Source: Octopus bimaculoides
Taxonomy: Eukaryota
Length of the DNA: 64,000 nucleotides
Reading direction: 5' to 3'
Assembly (NCBI RefSeq): GCF_001194135.2
Contig: NC_069001.1
Location: 23,785,746 to 23,849,745 of the forward strand
Shown: one piece after another, positions 11,844 to 23,912 of the stretch
How the letters are laid out: each line of letters starts with the position of its first letter
How positions within the stretch are numbered: the first letter of the stretch is position 1
Notes under the pieces: generated by a model
What the model was told of the DNA's origin: nothing
Databases searched by the model: none
Seen by the model: the letters and a program-made list of their open reading frames with translations, nothing else
Made by a program: the position numbers and the translations under genes

Positions 11844-11988
11844 GGTTGGCGTTAGGAAGGGCATCCAGCTGTAGAAACTCTGCCAAATTAGATTGGAGCC
11901 TGGTGTTGCCATCCGGTTTCACCAGTCCTCAATCAAATCGTCCAACCCATGCTAGCATGGAAAGCGGACGTTAAACGATGATGATGAT
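11844..11988 (+). mobile_element. SINE family B, 5'-truncated, near-consensus (young)
   Basis: ggttggcgttaggaagggcatccagctg to gaaagcggacgttaaacgatgatgat, with CpGs retained. Confidence 0.9.
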
Positions 11989-12034
11989 ATATATATATAT
12001 ACATATACACATTCATTGAGAAAGAGAGAGAGAG

Positions 12035-12076
<42 letters not shown>

Positions 12077-12434
12077 AGATTGCTATGAGAGAATATGATT
12101 ATCAGAGTTGATGAAGCCTGGTATCATTGGCATAGAAGAAGGTACCAATGTAAAACTGTTCCCCTATTCTTCAAAGCATTTATGTGTTTGCATTGTTGAA
12201 AGGGATTATGTTGTCATGTCTCCCTAGGAGATCTCTTTTAATGGAAGCTGAAAGACGTTTAAATAGCTGGGGAATGATGCCTGCATAGAGATGGTTGAGA
12301 AAGAAAACAAGGGATCAGCTGCTCAGGAGTGTATGCATTTTATGTATACAACAATCAGTATTTGAACGCCAAGGGAGAGGGACACCATTAAATATGTTGT
12401 AATAGAAAATATTTGATTCATGGAGGCCATATAT

Positions 12435-12809
12435 GGACACCGTGTTGGCACTCTGTCGCTTACAACGTCGAGGGTTCCAGTTGATCCGATCAACGGAACA
12501 GCCTGCTCGTGAAATTAATGTGCAAGTGGCTGAGTACTCCACAGACACGAGTACCCTTAACGTAGTTCTCAGGGATATTCAGCGTGACACAGTGTGACAA
12601 GGCTGGCCCTTTGAATTACAGGCGCAACAGAAACAGGAAGTAAGAGTGAGAGAAAGTTGTGGTGAAAGAGTATAGCAGGGTTCGCTAACACACCTTGCCG
12701 GAGCCTCGTGGAGCTTTAGGTGTTTTCGCTCAATAAACACTCACAACGCCCGGTCTGGGAATCGAAACCGCGATCCTATGACCGCGAGTCCGCTGCCCTA
12801 ACTACTGGG
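12435..12809 (-). mobile_element. SINE family E (tRNA-headed), CpG-rich young copy
   Basis: Reverse strand starts cccagtagttagggcagcggactcgcggtcataggatcgcggtttcgattcccagaccgggcg (A and B boxes). Confidence 0.8.
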
Positions 12810-12918
12810 AATGTACATTAAATGCTTTGTTAATGCTGTATCATTTAGTCTATGGAAGTTCACATGAGTAAGTCAGGAAGAGAAAGAGAGAGAAATAATG
12901 TGTGTGTGTGTGTGTGTG

Positions 12919-13195
12919 ATCATCAACATCATTTAACATCCATTTTCCATGCTGGAATGGGTTGGACAGTTCGACAGGAGCTGGTCAGCTGAAGAGCTAC
13001 CTGGGCTCCAGGCCTGTTTTGGCATGGTCTTTATGGCTGGATGGCTTTCCTTGTGCCAACCACTTTACAGAGTGTATCGGGTGCGTTTATACAGTACTGG
13101 CACAGGTGCTATTATGTGGCACTGGCACGGGTGCTTTTTATGTGGCACCGGCATCCATGAGTCCACAAGATTAGGAATGCTCAGCTGAAGAGGGA
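12919..13195 (-). mobile_element. SINE family B, decayed
   Basis: catcaacatcatttaacatccattttccatgctgg, ggctggatggctttcc, ccaaccac. Confidence 0.75.
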
Positions 13196-13310
13196 TGTGG
13201 CAGGGACATGCCCGTATGTAAGGATGACCTTGTATATATATGCTGAAATATTACATAGGAGAGTAAGTCCCCTACACTAAATATTAAATAACTCAGTTGT
13301 GTATGTGAGC

Positions 13311-13709
13311 ATTTATCTTTTTTATCTTTTGTTTCAGTTACTGGACTGCGGCCATGCTGGGGCACTGCCTTGAAGAATTTTTAGTTGAATGAATTGACCT
13401 CAGTACTATTTTATTAAAGTTTGACACTTATTCTATCGGTTTCTTTTGCCAAACTGCTAAGTTATGGGGATGTAAACACACCAACACCAGTTGTGAAGTG
13501 GTAGTGACACACACACTCACACACACACACACGCACACACACACACACACACAATGGTCGTCTTTCAGTTTCCATCTACCAAATCCTCTCACAAGGCTTT
13601 CGCCAGCCCGGGGCTATAGTAGAAGACGCCCAAGGTGTCATGCAGTGGGACTGAACCCAGAACCATCTGGTTGGGAGGCAAGCTTCTCACCACACAGTCA
13701 CATCTGCAC
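13311..13709 (-). mobile_element. SINE family A
   Basis: Family A body with internal (CA)n. Confidence 0.9.
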
Positions 13710-13744
13710 CTTTTATGCTGGTAAATGCAAATACATACATACAT

Positions 13745-13984
13745 ACATATATTCCTGTAATTATTGGGGCCCTGGGATATGTAACACACTGCCTAAATAC
13801 CAATCTTGAGAAATTAGGCTTCTCAAAACCAGAAAGGAGAAAGCTAAATCAAAGATTACAGATCCAATCCATCACTGGAACTGTAGAACTCTCCAGAAAT
13901 TTATCATTTAAATATATATGAGCATTTCACCAGTCCTCAGTCAAGTCATCCAACCCATGCTAGCATGGAAAGTGGACGTTAAAC

Positions 13985-14021
<37 letters not shown>

Positions 14022-14197
14022 CCTAGATATGTAACTCTATGCATTAGAATACATCCATAGAGCATACAAATCTGCACATACATACACAAAAATATTCTGT
14101 CGTTGATGTTGAAATTCCAATGAAAGAACCTTGAATCTAGGTTAGAAATTGGCTCTTTCTCTGCTGGCAAGAAATCTTGAAATAAAACTGAATAATA

Positions 14198-14200
<3 letters not shown>
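13745..14200 (+). mobile_element. R4/Dong-like (RLE) LINE 3' end interrupted by a SINE B fragment (13925-14021)
   Basis: IPVIIGALGYVTHCLNTNLEKLGFSKPERRKLNQRLQIQSITGTV; 3' UTR ends gaaataaaactgaataataata. Confidence 0.65.
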
Positions 14201-14231
<31 letters not shown>

Positions 14232-15039
14232 CATCCTGCAGTGTCTGTTCTCCCTGCTAGCATGGATTGGACATGTATGTACATATGTCTTTTGCATTTA
14301 GTTTCATAACTGACTCTTCTCGTGCGATTATTAATGTGTTTATAGATGTGTATCCCCTTCTCCGTAGGAAATTCATAAATGTATCAGTTATTACAGTTAT
14401 ATGTCATTGATGTATTTTAATGGCTCTGCTGAAAGACACAGCTGGCTGAATCTTCAGCATCAGGGAACCTGTCCGAAAGGTCAGGCATTTATGAATCATA
14501 TCAATCATGGCAGAGCTAGATTTACTGTGTATGTGTGTGTGTGTAGGCCTGAATCATATTTATAATCAAGCCTTGAATTTAAAGATAACGCAATCTAAAT
14601 CAAAAAGGGGGACCTAAATTAAAACCATGCTATTTTATTGAATTATTATTTTCGTCTTACCACACAGCCATGCCTATCTAGAGGCACAGGCATGGCTGTG
14701 TGGTAAGAAGTTTGCTTCCTAACCACATGATTCCAGGTTCAGTCCTCCTGTGTGGCACCTTGAGCAAGTGCCATTGGTTGTCATTGGTTTCCTTTATGTG
14801 AATTTTGCTGTAGAATCATTATATTTAATCTTGTTCATTGCTGAATCATTTGACACAGATCTGGGATCACACAGTGCTCTCAAACTTGAACCAGGTTATG
14901 CTCATCGCAGATTGATCTGTGATAACATAAATAAGTGAGCAGTCAAACGACTCTGATTGTGCTGCAAGCGTACATCCCAGAGACTTCCCACAATGCCCAG
15001 CTATCCAGAATGTACTGCCTGTCACTTGCATTTACATGA

Positions 15040-15350
15040 AATGACAGCAACATATGCCTCTAAGTAGACCTGTCAAAAGTTAACGAGATAAGGCAAAGAC
15101 AGCTGTGACTATCTGGTCACTGTGTGCACCGCTCTGCTCTGGAAGCATCCAAATTAGTCTTGTGGATCCCTGTTCATGGTGATGTAAGAAGAGGAAAACG
15201 TTGTCATACTTACACCAACACCTTCACTGTAGACACTGGTCAGGAATGTATCCAGGGCCTCAGGACAGTAATGATGGACGAAAAGTGTGGTGGGTGGACT
15301 ATGTTGCTGTAGCCTAGGTTGGAGCCCGGCCATAAACGTAGTTGTTACAT
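15040..15350 (+). pseudogene. RTE-clade LINE ORF C-terminal remnant
   Basis: EIRQRQL*LSGHCVHRSALEASKLVLWIPVHGDVRRGKRCHTYTNT..DTG..LRTVMMD resembles the RTE C-terminus RRLRLAGHC..LVLW.P.HG.R.RGR. Confidence 0.65.
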
Positions 15351-15404
15351 GACCGTGTTGCAAGGCAAAGTATTTTTTATATGGATTTATGTACTTGTAA
15401 CCAA

Positions 15405-15804
15405 GGTGCAGGAGTGGTTGTGTGGTAAGTAGCTTGCTTACCAACCACATGGTTCCAGGTTCAGTCCCACTGCGTGGAATCTTGGGCAAGTGTCTTCTAC
15501 TATAGCCTTGGGCTGACCAAAGCCTTGTGAGTGGATTTGGTAGACGGAAACTGAAAGAAGCCCGTCGTATATATGTATATATATGTGTGTGTGTATGTTT
15601 GTGTGTATGTGTTTGTCCCCCCTATCATTGCTTGACAACCGATGCTGGGTGTGTTTGTGTCCCCGTCACTTAGCGGTTCGGCAAAATAGACTGATAGAAT
15701 AAGTACTAGGCTTACAAAGAATAAGTCCCAGGGTCGATATGCTCGACTAAAGGCAGTGCTCCAGCGGGGACACAGTCAAAGGACTGAAACAAGTAAAAGA
15801 GAGT
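15405..15804 (+). mobile_element. SINE family A, near full length
   Basis: ggtgcaggagtggttgtgtggtaagtagc head, ggttcagtcccactgcg, internal TA/TG repeat, gaaacaagtaaaaga tail. Confidence 0.95.
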
Positions 15805-15924
15805 AATATGAGAACCAGTGAACAAAAAAAAAAAAATTAAATGCATGAATGCACTTGATCCTAACAAACAATGTTGACGAATGTATTCTCTGCAGGAAAA
15901 AGGAGAAATTATCAAGAATATACA

Positions 15925-16190
15925 TAATGATAGACAGACAGATAGATAGATAGACAGATAGCTAGCTAGATAGATAGATAACTTTCTTTTATTAGCCACA
16001 CAGGGCTGTACACAGAGGGGACAAGTGCAATTGTATAGCTTTTCTTTTAGAAAAAAGAAAAAGAAATTCGATCAAAAGGGATCGGTAGGAAAAAGGAAAC
16101 GAAAAAAATAAAAGATAGATAGACAGATAGACAGACAGACAGGCAGATAGATAGATAGATAGATAGACAGGTAAGTAGAGAGATAGATAT
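15925..16190. repeat. (GATA/GACA)n tracts flanking a short SINE D tail fragment
   Basis: tagatagacag arrays; ctttattagccacacagggc. Confidence 0.8.
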
Positions 16191-16953
16191 GTTGGCTGTT
16201 CAAACATGCCGTTGGATGTACAATTATAATTATAATTCAATAAAATAGCTAGGTTTTTAATTTAAAGACACCTAGTTTCAATTTAGGCTTCCTTGTAATC
16301 TGATTAATTCAACTGATTTTGTTTATGAGGAAAATAGTAATTACACTCTGGTATTGTATTACAAGTTAAATGTATCGAAGTAGTGAATAAGATGGCAAAA
16401 ATGAAGACTACGCATTTATTGTTGCTGTTGAATTTAATTATTGTAATTTGTTTAATTTAAAGAACATTGAACTCTGAAAGAATTCTATGAATGGGATCAA
16501 CCTTAAATACCCAGATGTTCATAAAAGTTGACAGTAGTATCCTGTATATAACAATAATTTATTGTAAGCCTGTATGCTGTGACATTACCAGTAGTTAACT
16601 AGTAAACAGCCTTTAATAGAATGTAACCTCTTCAACAGCTAACTACTCAAGCTTGTCCTTTTTGTTCCATTGGAAAACAGTTGTTATAATTATAAATATG
16701 TATGTAGGCAAACAGATTGATTGCTATGTAGATAAGATAGACAGACAGACCGATAGATGGATATTATACTTAAGAAAGAATGTTGTTGATAGTGGCTTTA
16801 AAGTTTCAGCCAGCTAAGCCATCGTTGGACAGTCCAACTGTCAACAACATTCTTGTTTAAGAATAAATTTGTACTCTACAAAAGTATAGCGTGACCCACG
16901 AGGTTAATGTAAAATTGTTTTTACTTCAACTGAACATAAAGAAACAAACATTA

Positions 16954-16984
<31 letters not shown>

Positions 16985-18000
16985 CCAGAGTAAGCACATA
17001 AATGCAAAACAAGGTGGAAAAAATNNNNNNNNNNTACCAGAGTAAGCACATAAATGCAAAACAAGGTGGAAAAAATAGTACTTGAATACCAGAAGTAGAG
17101 TAATGTGCTTTATTAAAAAGCAGCAAAAATATCACAAAAACTGTTGCACATAGTTCTGTGTTCCCATTCGTTGGACAGTTTTGTATACCTTATAGAACTG
17201 CATTCTCACCTGGCCTCTGTCTCATGTTTTTTTTTCCCAATCACCTTTACTCAATTTAAAACATTTTTTCAAACACCTTTTATCATTCTTTTATTTAATT
17301 TCTTCTTTTCTATTTTTCTTCTGATGAAGAGCTAGCATCTGAAACATCAAGACTGCTTCCCTTCCTTTTAAGCATTAAAATAAGGCAACATTAATTAAAA
17401 CTGTTTTTACAAACTTCTTTTTGTTGTCATTGCCTTCTTAACATGTACACACGTTGCATATACATGTATGTAAATCTATGCACAGAAATAAGAATGTGTG
17501 TGTGTGCATCTGTAAAACAACATAAAAAAATTAAAAACAACACAAAATATTTCAAACATTTGACAAGCAATTTGGTCACAAGCAAATTTTCAGACAGAAA
17601 TCAAATATTTCAGCAAATAAGATACTAAAAGTGAAAGTAATGCCCAAACATAAAAACTGTCAAATTGGTGCATCGTTTATTTATTTTTTTATGTCATGCA
17701 AATTAGCAAAACCCAAACAATCCATTTAGATATATCTTGGACATATAGAGTATTAAACATACAGTTTTAAATTGCCTTGTACTACAAAGATGTCATCCCT
17801 ATCAACTGGCACTCATGTGAACTTCGTTGCTTTTCCCAACCACTTCCTAATGCCATATTGACTTTGTTAGTGACAGACAAAGAAACAAAGATTATGTGAC
17901 ATTAGAGAGTGAGGGAGAAACATAGCAGGTTTCTGTAATGAGATATTGGTCAGGAATTTATTCAGGACAAAATTTTATTTATTTATACATTGTTTTAAAT

Positions 18001-18405
18001 ACAGGCATGGCTGTAAAAGAAGTTTGTTTCCCAGCTATATAATTCCGGGTTCAGTCCCACTGCATGGCACCTTGGCCAAGTGTCTTCTGCTTAACCGCAG
18101 GCTGACCAAAAGCTTGAGTGGATTTGATAGACTGAAACACAAAGAAGCCCATTGTATATATATATACATATGTGTGTATATCTGTATGCTTGTGTGTGTG
18201 TGCATGCATGTGTGCATATTTGTGCATGTGTCTGTGCCCAACATCACTTGACAATTGGTGATGGTGTGTTTATGTCTCTGTAACTTAGCAGCAAAACACT
18301 GATAAAAAAAGTACCAATAAGTGTTAGGGTCAATAAGTTCACCATCAATTCAAGGTAGTGCTCCAGCATGGCTACAGTCTAATGACTAAAACAAGTAAAA
18401 GATAG
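18001..18405 (+). mobile_element. SINE family A
   Basis: caggcatggctgt, gggttcagtcccactgcatggcaccttggcc, ctccagcatggctacagtc. Confidence 0.85.
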
Positions 18406-18505
18406 AAGTTAATCAAAAGAGCAAAACCAAAAGTGAGTATTGAGAGTGGGTCCATTCATAGTAGTGTAATAATGATAATAATAAAGAAAGTTTCTCATTA
18501 ATTAG

Positions 18506-19150
18506 TTATGATTATGTAACTTTTAAAAGGAAGCAATTATTAAAGTCTTTACTGTCTAGCAAATTTCCACATTTATTATTTTTTTTTGCCAAAATGTGGT
18601 TTTTAAATTTCTTGTATTATTTAAGATTTCAACTACATGCTAATCAAAACACATAATTTTATTCACTACAACATGTGTTTTTTAATGTCTCACATTTATA
18701 AACCAACAATCAAGCAACAATCTCTCCTTTTCTCTCCTTCTCTCTGTTTCCATCTTTTCTATGTGTATATATTTCTGATAGCTGACTCCTTTGCTGAAAT
18801 CTCCTGTGCTTTAATTATTTATGATTATGTAACTTTTATTATTATACGGAAGCAATTATTAAAATCTTTACTGTCTAGCAAATTCATATACTTTTCGAAT
18901 CAAATTTTTTTTTATCGAAATATGGTTATTACAATTCTTGTATTATTGAAAATTTCACCTAAATGCTAATCAGAACACATAATTCTATTCAATGTGACAT
19001 GCATTTTTAATGTCTTAACATTTGTATATCAGTTATTTGAGCAACAATGTCTCTCTCTCTTTATCTGTCTATCTATCTATCTTTCTGTCTCTTATATGTG
19101 TATATATTTCTGATCTTTAACTCCTTTGCTGAAACCTCCTCTGTTCATGT
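18506..19150. repeat. old tandem duplication, about 313-bp period
   Basis: ttatgattatgtaactttt, ctttactgtctagcaaatt and ctcctttgctgaaa recur at 18506 and 18819. Confidence 0.85.
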
Positions 19151-20080
19151 TATAATAATTCAGATGGTGAGCAGGAATAAAAAGTATCATTTCTCATCTC
19201 TGTACATTTGTAGTGTGTTTATAAAAGTTGTAACTACTAAAACATGCAATGTACACGTCAATGAAAAATCACATGTGTTAGAACCTACAATAAGGTTTTC
19301 AATATCAATTTCTCCAGTACATCTCTTTACATTTTTATGAGGCCTTTAAAAACACTTTCACCATCAGAGATTCTGAGTCTACAATTTTTTTATTAGCAAA
19401 AACAATTTTTTCATAAAAAAAACTAGCAATCAATATATGTTGTACAAAGCAAAATACATTGTTATACATATGCTTTAAATGTAAGTGAAATATATATGCT
19501 TATACATAAAACAAAATATATTCATACACAACTATTATGTAAAGATATATATATTTATACACTTTAAATGTGACTTTTTCAATTTTAAGCGGACACCCAA
19601 AACTCTTTCTCTGTGATTTACACATTTGTACCTAATGTGTACACACACACACTCACAAAGCACACTGTATTTTCTACCACAACAACAAACATTTGGGAAA
19701 GGATTTAAGTGGGTAATCTGAAATCATAGGCAGTAGGCTGAAACTTATTTCAGGTTACACCCCAGGGGTAATTTCAAATTACCCACATGTGATTTCAAAT
19801 GATACCCCCCACCATCTCGGGGTAATTTGAAATCAATATCATTCAAGCCCCAATTTCCAATCCCATTTAACCTGAACATGATTTCAAATTACTCTGTTCA
19901 GCACTGCTGGATAGGATGAGGGTGGGGTGAGAGAATCTGAAATTGCTATACCAGCATAATAAAAGAAAAGAAAACCCACATAAAAAAAGCAACAAAAGAT
20001 CTGAGATGAATTTGTTGGTATGGTATCTTGATATGCTTTACATGGCATATCAGTATATATGATGTATATATATTGATATT

Positions 20081-20129
<49 letters not shown>

Positions 20130-20238
20130 CCCTCCTGAGTATAGAATATGCCAACCTGATCCTTGCTATTTTTAGCATGATAAATGACCACATGGACTAG
20201 TTTTGAGTTTGTTTAAAAGAGTGAAACTAAAAGGAGCA

Positions 20239-20610
20239 AAGACCCTTCCTTTGGTCATGAATGACCATGGGATTGCACCTAGAAAGTTCCCAGCCAATGT
20301 AAAAAGTCTGAGCAAGGTTGTGTACGGAAGACCATCGGTCACCCATACATACCAGCCTCCCCTCTCCACACCACCGATTTTATCCATGGGAAAGGCCGAT
20401 ACAGCTTGGCACCAGTGATGTTGCAACTCATTTCTACAGCTGAGTGAACTGGAGCAATGTGAAATAAAGTGTCTNNNNNNNNNNTTCTACAGCTGATTGA
20501 ACTGGAGCAACGTGAAATGAAGTGTCTTGATCAAGAATACAACACACACCCCAGCCTGAGAGTCAAGCTCATTGTCTCATGAGTGTGAACCCGATGCTCT
20601 AACCACTGAT
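20239..20610 (-). mobile_element. SINE family C (contains a 10-N gap)
   Basis: ggtcatgaatgaccatgggattgcacctagaaag to ctctaaccactg. Confidence 0.85.
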
Positions 20611-21041
20611 TAAGGTTGCAATAAAATAACGAAAGAAATATTTACTAAGCAAGTGAGCAAGATTAGATGAATAAAGGATGCAAAAGGAAATTAGATGCAA
20701 CATCTTAGAAAAATTACACAAATTACAATTAGGGGACTAGCAGAAAATGACCCAGAAGGGGTCTTTCTCTTAGATGGAATAACAGAATACGTGCAGAATC
20801 ACTGAATCAGAATGGATTGCTTATAAGCTTTTAATTTCAAATGTATCATTTTCAACAATCATTGCAAACACAGGGTCCACTTTAACCCATAAGCATTCAG
20901 ATTTCTTAGTCAAGTGTCTTGCTTATTTATTCACATCGTTTTGAAGTAATCACATATTATCCTATAGCTTCAAAATTTCAATGGTGTGTTTTATCTTGTT
21001 TCAGTCATTAGACTGTGGCCATGCTGGGGCACTACCAATTT

Positions 21042-21258
21042 GAGCATGGCCATTGCCAGTACCACCTCACTGGCACATAAAAGCACCCACTACATTCTCA
21101 GAATGTTTGGCGTTAGAAAGGGAATCCAGCTGTAGAAACTCTGCCAAATCAGACTGGAGCCTGGTGCAGCCATCTGGTTTGCCAGTCCTCAGTCAAATCG
21201 TCCAACTCATGCTAGCATGGAAAGCAGACGTTAAACGATGATGATGATGATGATGATG
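21042..21258 (+). mobile_element. SINE family B
   Basis: gccattgccagtaccacc, aaaagcacccactac, gaaagcagacgttaaac(gat)n. Confidence 0.9.
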
Positions 21259-21315
21259 AATCGACCACAATACTTATTTTTTGTTTAAGCTTAATGCATA
21301 TATATATATATATAT

Positions 21316-21409
21316 CTCTTTTACTCTTTTACTTGTTTCAGTCATTTGACTGCGGCCATGCTGGAGCACCGCCTTTAGTCGAGCAAATCGACCCCAGGAC
21401 ATATTCTTT
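21316..21409 (-). mobile_element. SINE family A 3' end, truncated by the gap
   Basis: tcttttactcttttacttgtttcagtcatttgactgcggccatgctggagcaccgcc. Confidence 0.9.
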
Positions 21410-22324
21410 NNNNNNNNNNNNNNNNNNNNNNNNNNNNNNNNNNNNNNNNNNNNNNNNNNNNNNNNNNNNNNNNNNNNNNNNNNNNNNNNNNNNNNNNNNN
21501 NNNNNNNNNNNNNNNNNNNNNNNNNNNNNNNNNNNNNNNNNNNNNNNNNNNNNNNNNNNNNNNNNNNNNNNNNNNNNNNNNNNNNNNNNNNNNNNNNNNN
21601 NNNNNNNNNNNNNNNNNNNNNNNNNNNNNNNNNNNNNNNNNNNNNNNNNNNNNNNNNNNNNNNNNNNNNNNNNNNNNNNNNNNNNNNNNNNNNNNNNNNN
21701 NNNNNNNNNNNNNNNNNNNNNNNNNNNNNNNNNNNNNNNNNNNNNNNNNNNNNNNNNNNNNNNNNNNNNNNNNNNNNNNNNNNNNNNNNNNNNNNNNNNN
21801 NNNNNNNNNNNNNNNNNNNNNNNNNNNNNNNNNNNNNNNNNNNNNNNNNNNNNNNNNNNNNNNNNNNNNNNNNNNNNNNNNNNNNNNNNNNNNNNNNNNN
21901 NNNNNNNNNNNNNNNNNNNNNNNNNNNNNNNNNNNNNNNNNNNNNNNNNNNNNNNNNNNNNNNNNNNNNNNNNNNNNNNNNNNNNNNNNNNNNNNNNNNN
22001 NNNNNNNNNNNNNNNNNNNNNNNNNNNNNNNNNNNNNNNNNNNNNNNNNNNNNNNNNNNNNNNNNNNNNNNNNNNNNNNNNNNNNNNNNNNNNNNNNNNN
22101 NNNNNNNNNNNNNNNNNNNNNNNNNNNNNNNNNNNNNNNNNNNNNNNNNNNNNNNNNNNNNNNNNNNNNNNNNNNNNNNNNNNNNNNNNNNNNNNNNNNN
22201 NNNNNNNNNNNNNNNNNNNNNNNNNNNNNNNNNNNNNNNNNNNNNNNNNNNNNNNNNNNNNNNNNNNNNNNNNNNNNNNNNNNNNNNNNNNNNNNNNNNN
22301 NNNNNNNNNNNNNNNNNNNNNNNN
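21410..22324. other. assembly gap
   Basis: N run. Confidence 1.
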
Positions 22325-22325
22325 N

Positions 22326-22372
<47 letters not shown>

Positions 22373-22379
22373 ATATAGA

Positions 22380-22531
22380 ACAGGCTTCCTTCAGTTTCTC
22401 TCAACTAAATCCACTTGTAAGATGTTGTTCAGACCAACAGAGTAGAAGACACTTTTCCACAGTGCCACACATTGGGAGTAAACCTGGAACCATGTAGTTG
22501 GGAAACTAGCTTCTTACCACACAGCCACACC
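22380..22531 (-). mobile_element. SINE family A 5' part, decayed
   Basis: ggcttccttcagttt, gtagaagacac, cttcttaccacacagcc. Confidence 0.75.
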
Positions 22532-23517
22532 TGTGTTTGTATATTTTTAGATTAACATTGTAAGATAGGTGTGAGAATTTGGATCTGGTCAATTTTAACA
22601 TGACAGGTAGAATATTCGGGCTGGAAATGATCAGATTAATTGTTAAATGGTTAAACACCAGGGGTTCATAAAAGCTGAATCCAATACAATTCTCTAATAA
22701 TAAAGCATTAAGCATGTTTCTCCTGGAAAGGGAGGGTCTCTGGTGTATGCAGTTCTTGTTATTAATCTTGTATTGGTCTTGTTTCTAAAGCCCAGAAACC
22801 TATAACTCTCTTTATCTATGTAAAGATAAATGTAATGAGAAGGTTCAATGGTAGGCAGCAGGAGTACTGTATAGTTGATAGGTGTTTTAAGTTTGTAGTA
22901 TTGAAGTAAAATACTTGAGTATTTAGATGAAAGCTCTAAATGAATTCAATTTATGTTCTCCTTGACAAACACATAATTTCAGATAGTAGGTTTGAAATGC
23001 TTAATGCCAAGGAAGTTGAGACAGACTCCAGAGTATCACTGATATTATGCGTAATACAAAACAACAAAGAACCTCTACATGAATGGTCTAGCTGCCAAAA
23101 CTTGCTCAGGTCATACAACATCATCTTTACCAGGGTTGACCAGAGACTAAACAACAAATACAACAAAGCAGAGACAAAGTATAAAATTATCCAAGATTAA
23201 AAAATACTTCCTTATAAAGTAAACACAAAACATTCCACTGCAGTTATCTCTACAGATTTCCTATGGAAATTAAAGCCAGTACTGATTCAGTTACGATGTT
23301 TCTTATCCAAATATGCCTAATGTAAACAACAATGGCATCAAAGACGAAAAATGGGTAATGGGTGTATATGCCATATTTCAGGAGTACTTGCTCCTTCATC
23401 AGCCCCCATCCAACTCACTAACCATCCACAAACTCATTGCTTAAATAGCCACTAAATATAGGGGTGCAACATTATTAGATATACCAACACATCCCTGGAG
23501 CTGTAATACTTTCTGCA

Positions 23518-23912
23518 AACATAACATATTTACAAAGTATATTAAACGTATTTATAAATCAATACTATGTCCTACTGTGTTAGCAGTGCTATTAAGTAGC
23601 TTCTTTTCTTTTTAAAGGTTATCTCTACAGAGTTTCTATAGAAATTACAGCCAAAACTGATTTGTTACAATGTTTCATACCTAAATACATCTAATTTAAA
23701 CAACAATGATGTCAAAGGTGAAAAATGGGTAATGGGTGTTTACATTAGTTATACTTGGATATGAAACATTGTAAGAAATCTGTGTTGGCTATAATTTCTA
23801 TAGCAAATCTGCAGAGAAAACCTTAACATGTGATTTAATAGCACTGCTAACACAGTAGAGCACAGTATTGACTTATAAAAGTCTTTAATATATTTTGTTG
23901 TATATTATGGTT
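23518..23912. repeat. fold-back inverted repeat (arms 23518-23701 and 23738-23912) with an upstream direct partial copy at 23243-23365
   Basis: ctactgtgttagcagtgctattaa matches ttaatagcactgctaacacagtag; gttatctctacag and aaaaatgggtaatgggtgt occur at 23243 and 23618. Confidence 0.85.

Noticed and set aside
16983-17076. 42-bp direct repeat around a 10-N gap
   Set aside because: Identical overlap on either side of a placeholder gap, i.e. unmerged contig ends
20432-20528. Duplicated SINE C segment around a 10-N gap with 3 differences
   Set aside because: Most likely allelic or paralogous contig overlap, not a real tandem repeat
21316-22531. A single SINE A with a roughly 900-bp expansion hidden in the gap
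   Set aside because: The left part is near-consensus and the right part is heavily diverged, so these are probably two different copies
22940-23200. 86-aa ORF with an ETDS motif (RNase H-like?)
   Set aside because: No other catalytic motifs are recognisable
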